A stretch of DNA of 64,000 nucleotides from Camelus ferus (GCF_009834535.1 NC_045696.1:20276001-20340000), one strand, 5' to 3'. Shown: positions 14,157-28,202, counted from the stretch's first letter. The notes: generated by a model not told the origin, from the sequence alone. Translations and numbers: made by a program.

Positions 14157-15878
14157 TCTTTAAAAAAAGAAAGAAGAAAAAGAAAATCAGAAAAATAAAA
14201 GCGTGGAGGCAATGATAAAGCCTTCTATCCATTGCTTTTGTAAAACATGGACTATAGTCTCCCACCTCTAGTGTTCCTTTCACCCGTGAATGCCAGTTAT
14301 CATCATTTTAGGGCTGTAAAACCAGAAAAAGTGAATGTTCTTGCCTATATTGCCAAGAAAGAGGCACTGTACTGATAACTAGGACATCTGTTGCTTATAA
14401 ATACCTTTAAATCTGTCCAGGAATATTTGTATATTTTGATTGGTTATTATTTTCCATTGGTAAAACCTGCAAATAATTTGTTTGCTAAAATCATCTATTA
14501 TACTCCAATTTTTATACATAACTGATCTATTTAACTGATATCTAATATTTTACATGTTATTTAATATATGGATTAATCTATAAGATTCACTTTTGAACAC
14601 TTTCAATCTGATTAAATGTAGCCTTATTGAGCCGAATGCAGGATAAATAATATAATTAAATCCTTTTAACAGCATGAATGTTTAGCTTGAGGAGTTTGAG
14701 TCTCATAAATATTCAAATTCACACACACCCTTGCCCATGCAAAAGTTTTTTCATCGTTGTGGTAATAGTATATTTGGGAAATATTTAATCAACAAAAATA
14801 GGAAACAGAAGATAACTAAATGGACTTTTAACTGATGGAAAAACATTAAAGTTAACTACTTCAAGTTAAAAATACTCTTGTCTATATTTTACTGATAATG
14901 AACAAAAGTGCTTCCTCTGCAAGAGCTACAATAAATACAGTTAGATAATGCGTAAGATCTATCATCAGCAAAATAAAAAACTGGTAACTGGATCTAAATA
15001 CAAGACTGAAACAGTGGACTATGAATTTTCTGCAATTATAATGTCTTATAAATTAGATTTTTTTTCTACTTTTTAAACTTTATAAATAGAGAAACTTTTT
15101 GATTAAAAAAATTTCCCAGTTTCTACTATGGGCTTTATTTTTATGGATTTTTTTTAAATGTCAGTTTTATTTTGTTTTCTTCTATCTTATGGTTCAGCTT
15201 TTTACATCTCATCTAAACAATGTATTAAATTCTCATTTTTGAACAATTTTTTAGCATATATATTTCTTTTCAGTTTCTTTTTAAACTGTATCTTTTTCTA
15301 CTTTATTTTATTGTTTCATAGTATTTCATTTGATGTTTCATTTTACCATAATTAATTTTAATTATGCAATATATAACTTTTATATAACCTGGGGCATATA
15401 GGTGTTTCTGACATTTTGAAATCTGATTCTAAAAAAATGCAGATACAACAGCATGAAGGAAGGTCTATTTTGCTAACCTGTTTTGTTACAATCTCAAGCT
15501 CATTCTTTGCTCTCAGGCTTAGACAACAGTTCTAATAACTAATATTTATTAAGCAATTTCAGTGCTTTGGGCACTGTTTTTAGGGTTTTATACAGATTTG
15601 CTATTTTTTTTTAATGAGTTGGAAACACTTTCATAAATTAACCATCACTCTCTCCTTGTACCTCCTTCAACATTTTTTATCGCTCTCTTTCCCTCATTTT
15701 GAAGAGTTAGGGTCTTTTCATTTATTGACTCAGCAAAGGCTAACCAACAAAGAATCACAGTCTTAGCTTTTGTGTTAAAAGGTTGAGAGTTAGGGTATAA
15801 TCACTAAATCTGGAAAATGCTGTTTATCAAAGAAAGGTTCTTCTATCACTTCCCCCTATTTCCTCACATCTCCCCATA

Positions 15879-15880
<2 letters not shown>

Positions 15881-15928
<48 letters not shown>
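15881..15928. repeat. Perfect (AC)24 microsatellite
   Basis: Direct reading. Confidence 0.98.
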
Positions 15929-15930
<2 letters not shown>

Positions 15931-15939
15931 TTCATTTGA

Positions 15940-16590
15940 TTTTGGGAAACAGAGGAAGATGAAGAGGGAAAGAAAAAGAACTTAGACACAGAGGGACCTT
16001 TGAGAAGGTACACAGTGCTGCAGCCCACACTGTCCTGGGTGGCAACCAGAGAGGGAGAGAATTCTGTAGCAACCAGGTCCAAAGAGGTGAGGAACATCTG
16101 TCCCTGTTATCCAAGTGTCCGGATCCCAGAGGTCTCCCTAGTCTACCATGGCTCAAGAGTCCCCAAATCAACTGAGGTACTTAAATGCAGAGGCCAAAGA
16201 GAGCAGAGTTGTGCAGCAAAGCCACATGGAGCGAGCCCTGGGAGACAGGGAGATGAAGGGCGTGGCATGGCAGTGTCCCCCTGGGACCCCAAGTGAACGG
16301 CTCAGCCTGAAATGTGAGAGGCTCACTCAGCAGATGGCGGCAGGCAGGGGTAACGTTGGAACCTGACGTGATGTGGCCCCACGCCCAGAACACAGACACA
16401 CGCAATTGCCTTGAGAGTGTCTGATTTCCCCAACTACTCTCTGATTTAGAATTTAAGTGCTGACTCAAGAAATGATGACAGGAACATGACTTAAGTGAGA
16501 TTTCATTTGTCAGCCAATGGAATGAGGAATTTAATTAAACCTCAGTTGTAGATAAACAAAGAATTTTTTTTTGCATATGTGCACCTGTAA
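15940..16590 (+). mobile_element. Ancient LTR (MamGypLTR/LTR88-like)
   Basis: GC-richer block ending gccaatggaatgagg..cagttgtagataaacaaagaatttttttttgca, like ancient Gypsy-type LTR ends. Confidence 0.4.
16327..16386 (+). promoter_or_regulatory. Candidate CTCF site with adjacent CRE-like and KLF/SP motifs
   Basis: TCAGCAGATGGCGG matches CCASYAGRKGGCRS at 13/14; TGACGTGA at 16364; GCCCCACGCCC at 16376. Confidence 0.45.
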
Positions 16591-17534
16591 CATGACACAC
16601 ATATTCAGATTGATACAATCTTATCACTCATGCTTGATGGATAAAGAAAAGAAGGCCCAGTATGACTTCCTAAATTTTGAAAGCCACATAGCTAGAAAAA
16701 AACTACATGAAGAATTGAAATGCCTATGAGCTGATCCTGGGCCTACAGTTTAAAAAGATATGTCTTCTCAGAAATTAATTTGTATAGTAAAAGTGGCTGA
16801 GAAGTTTCATTTTGGGGGAGTGAGGAAGGGAGTGGCATTCTGCCAACCAAACACTATATGAGTGGATTAGGCCAATAAATATGATCTCTATCTAAAATTT
16901 GAGTTTTGCTTAAATGCTTAACATATTATCTCACTTCCATTTTCATTAAAAAAAGAAATGCAAAATTGTGTGTTATTTTTAAAATCTGCTTTTCAGGTTT
17001 ATTAGAAATTAATTCCCTTTCAGATTAAAATAAGCTGACATCTTCTTTGTCCAAAATATTATATAACTGAGGCACACAGTCCCTGATGTTAAAGAATAAA
17101 TGTGGAAACAGATGTTTTAATGTTAATATCACACAGTGAATCAAGAATGTGCTCTAAAAAGGTACAGTTTAACGTGCATCGTTGTGGTTCTCATCAGGAG
17201 TGAATGTTTCTATTTCAGAAGGTTAATGACGGAGATGCCATTTGAGACAGATCATCGGCTATATAGTAGAATAGCCATAAGCAGAAACACAAAAGAATAA
17301 GAACAATCTCGTTTTGGGACAATATATCAAAGCCCAAAGGCCAAATGGCACAAACTGGATTTAGAGTATCTGTCTCATAAAGTAGGGAGTGAAAGTAGAA
17401 GCTTGAAGTACCACTGAAATATTGATCAGAGAAGGCTTGGCATAAAATATTAAGGAGTTCGAACTTTATTCTCGAGGAATTAAATTATGTGACCTAAAAT
17501 ACAATATATATGGATATTTAAGATTTCTGTGAAT

Positions 17535-17625
17535 GTTCACTGCACAATCCAAAGTGGTGTGTGTCATTCACGTGGGCGCCAGTAGAAATGATATCCCCTG
17601 GAGTTGTGTAAAATGGTATCTCTGA
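17535..17625. mobile_element. MER91-like hAT MITE
   Basis: cactgcacaatcc..cattcac..cccctggagttgtg. Confidence 0.5.
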
Positions 17626-17959
17626 AGATAACTCTGTTTGCAGAGTAAGAGATACATCAAAATTTCAGTGAAAATGGAAAATGAGACCTAAATTTTAGCC
17701 CTTTGGGTATTTGAGATAGTGGCTTTAGAAATTTTGAATTAAACAACCAAAGAAGAATGCTCTTGTTATCAATGGATTGCTCTTGGCTCCAAATGCACTT
17801 CTCTTTACCTGCTCTGCAAATAAAGGAGCTTTGCAGCAAGCACAATAGTGAGCTTTGTCAGTAGGGAGCACTGAAGGGACACTGCGGTAGTAAGGAGCTT
17901 CTCCTCCTGGATCTATTTTATTGCCATTTTTCTTTTTTCTTGCTGCCACTGTTCAGTTG

Positions 17960-18542
17960 TACTAGATTCTGCATAAGCCCAGAGCATGCAGTTTCCCAGC
18001 AAGCTTGCAGCCCCTGCCCAGGTCTGATGGCCACATTTCTGCTGTCCTCCTGAAATAAGTACTGTGTGCATCCAGACCTCAAGCTGCCCTGGCAACCAGC
18101 AGGTTCCCAAAGCTCCAACTCTCTCTCCACCCTTGCTTGTCAGCCTCGCTCAGCCTGCACCCTTGAGGGTAAGAGATTAGTTTGTGCAACCTTACCAAGA
18201 GCACCCGAGGCTCCTGACACCCCAACTGCCTCTGCACACATTTCTCTCGGCCTACTTGCACATTGGATGGGGTGTTTCCAGCCCCTCTGCCTCTGGAGCA
18301 ACCCAGTGGACTTTTCCACCATCCAGTGGGCTGCAATCACAACTTCTCCAAAGAAGACTTGGATTCCAGCCTTGGGGTGGGGACACAATCATCCAAATTT
18401 GTCCTTTCTTCCTCATGTACTTTAAAATTCTCTTTACATGCTGATCATTTCTTTGCTTACTGTTAACAATTATTTTTATTAAACTTCTTCTGTTCAAGTT
18501 AAATTGTGGTTTCTGTCTCCTAATTGGATATGAACTGATTCA
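17960..18542 (+). mobile_element. ERVL LTR (MER74-like)
   Basis: gcaacccagtgg..accatccagtgggctgcaa..; end tgtggtttctgtctcct..actgattca. Confidence 0.65.
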
Positions 18543-18704
18543 AGGAGGATCAAAAAAGGGAGAACTGGATATAATTATAGTGACTTGTTTGCAGCAATTT
18601 GACAGAGTAATAATAGAGATCATTTCTGGGAAGGTGATTAGGAAAACCAGAGAAATATTGTTAAAACATTATGTCATTGCTTAATAAATACTTAAATGCC
18701 TGAA

Positions 18705-18745
18705 TAACTAACCAATTAACTAACTAATTAACTAACTAACTAACC
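18705..18745. repeat. Imperfect (TAAC)n repeat
   Basis: Direct reading. Confidence 0.85.
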
Positions 18746-19264
18746 AATGAAGATCTATCATGATGCAGAGATTACTTTCTAGGTTAACGTTGTTAATTAA
18801 TGTATGCAGAAACTACTACTATTCTATATTAATCATAGTCACTATATATTTTTGTTTAAATAGGTTTTAATTTGTTTACAATGAAAATATAACTGTCTTG
18901 TATGTATACTGTTTTTGACAGATTCTCAATTACATGTTACATGTGTTCAAATTAGCTAGTCGGTGTATCTTCTATCTCTGAAGCTACTGAGAATTTCCTG
19001 ACAAAAATTTGCTCTTTGGTCCCTGGCTTGCTAAATTCTATTGAATATTGTCTTCTTTTATACTGTTCTTTCTTCAGATAGAGGACAGTGTAATTGCTTG
19101 GGTGTGAACTTATTGATTACGTTATGCTTCAGGATCACACTGATTAGAAAATGGGTGTTTCTTATTATCTTCAACTATCTATTTACAAATTATTCCTTTG
19201 GTGAAATAATTGTGACAGATGGCTAATGATACTTATTATATGCCCTTATTTTATTTATAAAGTA

Positions 19265-19700
19265 TTTATTAGTTTCCTAAGGCTGCTGTAACAAATTACC
19301 ACAAACTGGGTGGCTTTAAACAACAGGAATTAATTCTCTCACAATTATAGAGATCTGACATCTGAGATCATGGTGTTGGCAAGCCATCCTTCCTCCAAAG
19401 GCTCTAGGGGAGAATCCTTTCTTGTCCCTTCCAGCTTCTGATGGCTTCTAATTTCCTTGTACTTCAGTTGCAGCAACATAATTCCATCTCTGCTGTCTTC
19501 ATATGGCTTTCTTCCCTGTGTGAATGTGTTCTATTCTCTTCTCTTCTTATAAGGACACCAGTCACCGGATTAAGGGCCTGTCTTAATTCAGGATGACCTC
19601 ATCTTAACTTATATCTGCAAAGATCTCATTTCCAAATAAGGTCACATTCTGAGATTCCTGGAGGACTTGAATTTTTGAGATACATTATTCAACCAACTAC
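19265..19700 (-). mobile_element. MLT1C-like MaLR solo LTR
   Basis: ttagtttcctaaggctgctgtaacaaattaccacaaactgggtggc..tttccaaataaggtcacattctgag. Confidence 0.9.
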
Positions 19701-20089
19701 TGTAGGGATATTAATTTCAGGGTTAGGAAAATTATCTAGGCTTCTGAAAAATATAAATAAATTAGAGATAATCCATTTCAGTTCTTCTTAGTCCACTTTT
19801 ATATTTGGAATATATTACATACTTTTTATACTAAACACTTAAAATGGAGAGAAAAATGAATATGTCTGGATATGGTGAACAACATTCACCCAAGTTCCAA
19901 ACTCCTCTTCTGTTTCACACTCTTTTAGTAGGGGTGTCACTTGTTTAAATCATTTACCGACCTTGATAAAGGTGGGCAAAAGCCCTGCCAAGGTTCCCAT
20001 GGGAGTCAGGTTTGTTAGAAGATGGTAGCAGAAGGATAAAAACCAAAAAGGAAATGTAGATGAGAATTTCAAAGTAGAGCTCTTTGATT

Positions 20090-21260
20090 ATGGCAATATT
20101 TAAATAAAGGAGGAGAGAGAGTTATCACAAAATGATAGCCAGGGATGAGTTTTCTGGAGAGAGAAATAGCCAGTGCAAATGTCCTGAGATGGGTGTTGCC
20201 TGACGTGTTTCTAGGACAGCAAAGAGGTCAGTATGACTGCAATAGAGTGAGCAAGGGAGAGCCTGCAGGAGTAGACAGCACAGAATTACGAGGTGGCTGT
20301 GGGATCCTGGAGCATCTTCTGGACCATAGGAAGGACTTTTCCCTTTAGTCTGAGTAAGACCAGACTCCTGGAGGGTTTTTCCAAGAGTGAGACTATCTGA
20401 TTCATATTTTAAAAGAGTATAAGAACTGCTGTGTTGCAAGTAGTCTGGGTGGGGGAGGGACAAAGTAGGAAGCTATAATATTAAATAAATAAGAGAGAGC
20501 TTATTGCAGTAGTCCAGGTAAGAGATAACTGTGGGTTTGACTAGGGTCTGAGCAGTAGAGGTAGTGAAGTTTAATAGAGATTTAAAATATCTATATGCAT
20601 CCACTTGTAGAAACTCAGGGATTTTGTAACTCATACACATTTATATAAGTAAACTGCCTCTTGTCAGATTCAGCAATGTCCTGAACACTGTGAAAGCCAA
20701 AGGTCAAATCTCATTCCCCATCTCACAGGATGTGTGCTTCCTGATTAAAAGGTGGATTACCTACACGCAGTAGTGGGGAAGCCTATGGATACAAAAGGTT
20801 GGGGGAAGGCAAGCAGGAAGTCAGTTTCTGCCATGTCTAACCTGAAGGCCACCTGGATGGATATATTGTATAGATAGCCAAATATATAAATCCACAGTGT
20901 AAGAAGGTTCAAGCTAGAGAAGTAAATTTTGGAGAGATATTGCTGGTACTTCTTAGTAAGGAGGCAAAATGAAATCAATAAGGGAGTGAGTATATCTGAA
21001 GAATCAAAGGGGCATTTGATGTTAAGTCAGAAAGAAGAGGAAGAAACAACAAAGAGACTAAGAAGAGATAGCAGTAAGTGAAGAAGACCAAAACAAAAAA
21101 AAAGCCAAAAGTAAGTGGTGTTCTGGAAGCCAAATAAAGACATGGGAGGAAAGCATGAGCTGTGGTCAGCATGGCTGCTGGGTCAAGGGAAATGAAGGCT
21201 GAGAATTGACCAATGGCTTTAGCAATGCGGAGGTCTTCGGTGATTTTGACCAGAGGCAGT
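20090..21260 (-). mobile_element. L2 fragments
   Basis: agccagtgcaaatgtcctgag, attgcagtagtccaggtaagagat, gagaattgaccaatggctttagca. Confidence 0.85.
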
Positions 21261-21264
21261 CTAT

Positions 21265-21435
21265 GTAGGTAAACTTGGACAAGTCACAAAAGCTCTGAGT
21301 TTCTGTGTCTGGATGTATAAATGGTAATATTAAGTGACCTATGTACTCATTTGCCTGTGGCTCAAATGGGAGAGAACAGGTCAGAAGTATCTTAAAATTG
21401 GTTAAAGATTGTACTAATGTAAACCAATATGCCTT
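21265..21435 (+). mobile_element. MIR fragment
   Basis: aacttggacaagtcac..ctctgagtttc. Confidence 0.55.
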
Positions 21436-22569
21436 TTATTATTAATAATTGACATTCCATGTATCTCTTCTCTTTGTCAGTTAAGTCAAACAATCATTTG
21501 CTGTGCTTTTTGGTTTGGGTTTTTACTTCTTTTCATCTAGATGCTTTTACTCTATGTCTTAAAATATAGAGATATAATTTCTATGAGGTAATACATATTG
21601 GAAATCCTTTACTAACCCTTTCCTTTTGACCCATGCAATTTATGTGTTTCTGTTAAATCTCTATTGCACTTAGGTTTAAATCTCATTCTTATAGAATTTG
21701 CACACATCAAAAGAAAGTATTCAATACAAGGCAGTGAACAAACCATTTGTTAAAAAGTAATATGGATTTGCATCATCTCATCAGTGCAGATATGGAGTAT
21801 ATGTATTTAGTGCAAGATTTATTTTGTTTGAGGACACAGTGTTATATAAAACATATGAGGATATGATTTTGCTGCTGTTACTAAACTGTGGTTAGAGGAT
21901 AAGACATTTAAATCTTCCTATGTCAAAACTTCACCTCTGAAATTATTACATTAGTTTAATTGTTTCTCTAAATTCCTTATTCCTTTCAACCTCTTAATTT
22001 CTATGGTTCATTTCTCAGAATAACGCCCAAAGATATTTGTTTCCATATTTCTAGTTACTTTATTTCTTGAAGTTTTACTGGGTATCTCATTTTATCTCAT
22101 TATAAAAAACTTTACACTATGTGCACTATGCCACTTCCTTTTCCATAAAAATCCTTAAATGTATTTGTTAATCTTATTTAAATTTAATAGAAAAAAACAG
22201 TCCAGACTGCAGGTATTCATTGCAAAGGTTGGAGAAAATAATTGTTATTAAAGGATTGACACTAAGAAATCTTTTATGAAATCCAAGTATTTCATTGACC
22301 TCCATTTAGGATCCACTTCTGAAAACATTATTGAGATTTTAGCCATAATCATAACCTATCAAGAGCATACAGGAACATGATTTAATGTCTACACTTTATG
22401 TAACTTCCAAACCAATCAAATCAAGTATTTAAAATATTTAAATAAATTTGAATCAACAATTATTATACACATTATTAGGTAAACTAAGTTTCAGGATGTT
22501 GAGGTAGAAACAACAGTTGAATAAAACACACTCTGCCCTTTTCAAGTAATTAATAATGCAAGAAAAAAA

Positions 22570-23759
22570 ATACTCACAGTGATTCTAATCTATGCTAGAT
22601 ACTGTGCTGGATCCTGGGGACATAATAGCGAACAAGAGAATATTTCTTTCCTTTTGGAGTTTTAATCTAATGGGGGAAATAAATGAGTAAGTACACAATT
22701 AAAACAACATCTGATAAAATGCTACGGTGTGAATGAAAAGAATACAATTGGAATTCAAGGAAAAGACACTTAATTCAATTATACAGATACAAAGAAAGGG
22801 TTTTAAGTGAGAATGACATTCGATCTTAAACCTGAAGGAACAGAGAAGGAGAGTTAAAACCAGGAAATAGTATAGAGACAAGCTTAAATTAAGTAAAAGT
22901 GAGGCACATTTGGAGAAGTAATGTGTTTCATCAGGTTTTAAAGGTGGCGTGTGTTATGGATTGAATTGTATCCCCTATAAATTTGTATGCTAAAGTGCTA
23001 ACCCCTAGTAACTCAGAACGTGACTGAATGTGGAGATAGTGTCTTTACAGAGGTAACTAAGGTTTAATGAGCTCATTGGGGGTGGGTCCTAATCCTATAT
23101 AGCCAGTGTCCTTATAAGAAAAGGAGATTAAGACATAGACACTAAAACAGTGTGAAAATAGAGGAGGAGGGAGGCCATTTACAAACCAAGAAGAGAGATC
23201 CTAAAAGAAATCAACTCTGCCAACCCCTTGATCTTGGACTTCTAGTCTCCAGAACTGTGAGAAAATAAATTTTTGTTGTTTAAAGAAATTAAACACACAT
23301 CCCATCTGTGATTCTTTGTTACAGCATGTCTAGCATATTGCAAGGAGGTTAAAAATATAAGTCAGGTACATCCTAAGGGATTTTTAAAGCTATTTTATAA
23401 AATTTGGGCTTTATTGTAAAGTATCTGTAAAAGTTTTGCATTGCTTCATCAGTGGAGTAATGATTTTAAAATGTCACCCTACCTGCAATCATTAATGAAT
23501 TCACAGGAGGCACGGCTGAGGTTGGGATGGTAAATAGGAGGATGGTGTGCAGGTGGGTATCCAGGTAGGAAATGATGACAGTCGTTAACTAGAACAGACG
23601 GAGTGAGGATGGCAAAGGAGGTGGACTGCCTCAAGGGGTATTTGAGAGGGAGAATTCCAGGGATTTCATTGTCTGTGTGAATATTGTGGAAATAGCCAAG
23701 AATGCCTCTCACCTTGAGGAAGTGGGACATGGGTGGGGATGGGGATGCCATTCACTGAG
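22570..23759 (-). mobile_element. L2, interrupted by MLT1B and an ERVL provirus; resumes at 28203-28780
   Basis: actgtgctggatcctggggacata.., gatgccattcactgag| then continuing L2 sequence after 28202. Confidence 0.7.
22952..23342 (+). mobile_element. MLT1B-like solo LTR
   Basis: tgttatggattgaattgtatcccc..ttgatcttggacttctagtctccagaactgtgagaaaataaattt. Confidence 0.9.
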
Positions 23760-26700
23760 TGTATGATTGGCAAGTGCTGGCATGTGCAACTAAAACCTCC
23801 TCTTCAGGACGCAGGCACTTTTTCCCTGAGATCCTGGGAGGACTGATGGTTGATGGCTCTCATCTGAGTTGCCTGGAGGAACTGCCCTCCCTGAAGGAGC
23901 CTCCTTTCTCCAAGGTATCCTTGTTCCCCGGGAGTAGTAGCCCACATCCAGTGACTGGCTGCTGCAGTGGTGGAAACGTTAGGCCCCTTCCCCTCAAGGA
24001 AGGAAACCCCGAAAGTCTAGGGAGGCTTCAGAGGTCCCAGGGTAACTTCTATGGCTTATTTTCCAACTACATTGTTCTTACTGTTCAACTTTTCCCATTT
24101 ACCAGTTCTGCTTCCCTCATTCTTTTATAGGTGTTGTTTCTAAGACAACTTTTATAAACCTTCTGCCTGTACATTTTTTTCTCTACTCTCTATTTCCAAC
24201 TGACTTAATATAGTTGATCAGGAGTTATCCTAGGAAGCAGATTTTAAAATAAGATTTTTGGACCTGGATCATTCACTTGCTGGCTAATTGGCAACGAGGA
24301 CCAGCATATTAGTAGTATGTGTCGTAATGGTGAGAGCCCCTACATACAGTATCGGCACAGTTTCACAATGAGTAATTCGGATGGGATCCTAATGGAAAGA
24401 AATGCACTGAATAGTACAACATCTCAGACATTTGCAAGCTGTGCTGGGAACTGTTGACCATAAGGACTGTAGGATCAGTTGGCTATAACTGTTACCAATA
24501 TGTCAAAGAAAAATAAGGAAATGCTGATATTATTAATCACAGTAGCTGTGAAAGTCAGAAGGTCACTTTTACAAAGACATTTATTTTTTGGAGTCAAAGG
24601 AGAGAAACTTAATATTCAGACCCAGGATTTAGTTATAAATGTTATACAGTAATTCCAAGACAGGTTGGCAATTCTGCTCTTTGGGGTTCAGACTGGAAAA
24701 GCAAGAGACTCTGTAGGAGTTTGAGTAGGGTCCTCTGAGTCAATGTGCTAGAGATCCATGAAACCCAAATCTTCCAGAACTCTCTGGGGCCTGGAGAAGT
24801 GGCCCATTCCTCTAATATGACTCGGAAGCTTAGCCTTGCTTATAGAAAGGTGTAGGGACTTCCTCCTTGATAATGCAACCCATCCTTTCCTCAGGATCTG
24901 TCCAATCTTCCTATCCTGACCACTGGATTATAACAAAGATCAAACAGAATTAGTGTTGGCACTTCTAGTTGAAGAAAGGGACTGAGGCAGCATGTACTGG
25001 GAGAAGCCAGTAGATTGTGTAGGCACTAGATTCTGAGAGGGCTGTGTCAAGACAGGGAGGCACATTGCTAGAACATAGCCCTTGTAGAGTCAACATAAGG
25101 CATAAGGCCAGAAAACTGAGCAGCTGACTGTTTTACAGGAGAACCTGGGAGACACTATTATTAGTAAAGGTAACAGTAGTCTTGTTGAGACACTCAGTGG
25201 TGGCTGTCTTCTCTGGAACACAACAATATGGGATACTGTTACAGAATCAATCTCCTTAACAGCGATAGGGAACAACAGAATCTAAAAATAACAGAGGTCA
25301 GATGGCTGTTTAAACACAAGCAGAAAGCAGAAGTACAATTAAGCAATCAATGTCAGATTGGCAGCCAGAAATCCTGAACTGCAGGGGATTATGGAAATAG
25401 TGCATACCACAGTTTTCTTAGGGAAGAGAGAGGAGCAGCCAATGAGAGTACTTCTCAACATACAGGATAAAAAAAAAAATGTGTAGCAAGGATGGATGAT
25501 TAGGAGAGTGAGGGCAGAGGATCTAATAAAATCCATGATCATTTGCTCAGTTTCTGGACCTAAGACAGTACTCACAGTAGCGAACTCACTGAGTGAAGTA
25601 GAGGTCAGGTCCCCCTGAAGAAGGATGCTGTAACACCTTAGCAAGTGTACTGAGAAATTCTTCCCTAAATGCACCTAATACCAATTTGATGGTAATCATA
25701 CATAGAGGGAATTTAAATATTCAGACATTTCAAAAACTATTGAAGTTGGCATTGATACATGAGCCACAAAGTATTATCATATGTTGAATAGTAAAAATGG
25801 AACCCTGTTTCCAAATCTGATTCATCATGAGTTCATCCGGTACATAAAACCACCTGGGGTCATTTTAGCAAATTCAAAGTTGGAATAAACATACTTGATA
25901 ATTAGAAAAACCACCACAGTAGTTCCTTGGCATACAGGGTAAGAAATACCTCATTAGGAAGGTCACATGAAGTCCTCTCAAATTGCGTGCCCAGCCAAAA
26001 CATAATTCAAAAGCAATGTTGCATCTGGGGAGGGAGGAGAATCACAGAGATTATTAAGACTTAAAATATGCAGAGGTAGTGGGCTCTCACATGTCCCTAT
26101 TAAACCAGCCTGGCCTGACAAAAGTGGTGAGTCCTGGCAAAGGAATACTCTAAAAAGAGGTTGCCTCAAGTGCCTCTGCAATGCCAGATGTAGTATTTTA
26201 GCAAATTAGCATCATTTTTTTAATACATTCTTTTCCACCCCTGTCAGGAGTGAGGATCAGAATCAGCTATTATTTCCACAAACATTTCATTCTCTAGTTC
26301 TCTGACATCACCAGCGACAGTGCATGGCTTTTTGTTGTTGTTGTTGCTGCTGTCCAGGGAGCTGAAAATACATTTTCAAAAAAAGTGGGAGAGGAGATCA
26401 AAGATAAGGAAGTTTCAAGAAGTAGCATGTGGATGGAACTATGGCAGTGAGCACTAAGTATGATACTCTTTAAAATGCAAATTAGCCTCTGGAGAGCATA
26501 CTCTATGAAAGAGGCCATAACCCACGAAGTAGACAGAATGGCATAATCACTTGACATCAGCAAACTTCTGTCATTGATTATAGGCACAATGACTCACAAC
26601 AGAGGGGCCATCGTGGCAGAGATTATGGCCATGCATGGTCCCAAAAGCACAGACCCTCTCCAAGACTGATGTGCAAATATCCAGTAGAATAGTGCCGAAA

Positions 26701-28202
26701 CCCCAAAACTTGTCACATTTATTACATAGTACCACTTCCAACTTGAAAGGACAGTGACTCTTCTTAATTGGGATCAATATATACTTCAGCTAAGGGCTTG
26801 CCTTTCCTTCCTACAGAGCTTTGGCCAGCAGAAAATTTAGAGATTTGCAGAAATGTAATCCCACATAAGATTGCTTCAGACTACGGAGCCCAGCCCAATT
26901 TTGAGCAAATAAGCATGTCAGGGAGCACATGACCATGGGATCTACTTGTTGCATGGCAAACCATATCATCCAGAATCTGCTATTCTTGGGAGTAAAGAAA
27001 CAAGTTTTGAAGCTGCCACTGAGATGCCATTTTGAAATTGATACTCAAAAGTGATGGGTTTCATGCTTCCACATTCCAGGATACAGCATACATCCTACAG
27101 CCATGATCATTTTATGGTGCTAGGTCCCCAACAGGTAGAAAATGCTGATACAGAAATCAAGGAATGAAAATAGAAGAAATATTTCACTTAATGTCATTCC
27201 CCAAATGGAGAATTCATGCTTCTTGTCTTCAGAGTGTTAGGCTCTGTGAGTTTAAAGTTCCTTGTTGCTTCTGAAGAACACTTAGACCAGGAAACCAAGT
27301 AAGAGTACCAGTAGACTTTAATTTATGGCTGCCACCTGGTGACTGTATTCCTTAATGTCAAAGAATAGTGTCATCACACAGCATGGAGGAGGTAAAGCTG
27401 ACGTTACATATGGGGACAGGGAAAAATTCATTCGGCAATCATTTGGGGGTATCTCTTGCTACTCTTTGATTATAAATGGACAAATGCAGTAGCCACAGCT
27501 TGAGAAGGACATGTTGACAATAAATCAGCCCAGATACCTCTGGGATGAATTTCTGAATCACTCAACTCTATAATCCACTTAGGATAACAGAGATACTAAA
27601 ATAGAGTGTGGGGAATCTAGACTGGGTAGGAAAGAGCAATGCTAAGTGTTGGCATGAGAATTATAGCATCAGTGGGAGTTTTATTTATTCCCTCTTAACT
27701 TCTTCTTTTAAGTTACTCCAGAAAAGAAGCCATTAAGAATCTTTGGGAATCTATACCTAGTTAAGGTTGAATCATGTGTTGCAAGTTTACAGCCTATAAT
27801 GGATTCTTACTCGAGCCACCCATATAACCTTTCAGAAATGGGGCACTCATTCATTCAGCTGCCAGGAATGCTCTCAGCTGCTGATTTACAACTGAGGCTT
27901 TCCTAAGGAATCACTCTTGACCAAAAAAGATGCATCTCTAACTCTTCTTCAGAAATAAGCCCACATCTAGTGACTGGTGAGTGCCACAGTACAAATGCTC
28001 AATTCCCTCGCTTCAATCTGGGACAACCCTGAAGGGCCGCTCCAGTCCAGAGCTCACTGTGTTACTGACTAAACCTATATTACAACTGCATTACAATTCA
28101 ACTCCTCTCTCTGCCAACCGTGTTTCCTTACTCTTGGACAGGAGACGTTCTCTGAAATTTCTTACAGGCAAAGTTTCATGTCAGCGATCCTCACCTAAGA
28201 CA
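23760..28202 (+). mobile_element. Ancient ERVL provirus: LTR16 (23760-24211), ERV3-16A3-like internal region, LTR16 (27795-28202)
   Basis: Both LTRs share gcccacatc(c/t)agtgactgg. The internal region starts gttgatcaggagttatcctaggaagcaga. The 3' LTR ends cctaagaca. gag/pol remnants are degraded with no ORF. Confidence 0.8.

Noticed and set aside
14220..14330. Strong minus-strand acceptor (tttttctggttttacag)
   Set aside because: Early stops in all frames, and it lies beyond the pseudogene polyA signal.
18066..18497. Cluster of overlapping ORFs
   Set aside because: Falls in a GC-richer MER74-like LTR, where stops are rarer; no protein similarity recognised.
23759..24130. 123-aa ORF
   Set aside because: Coincides with the LTR16 sequence.
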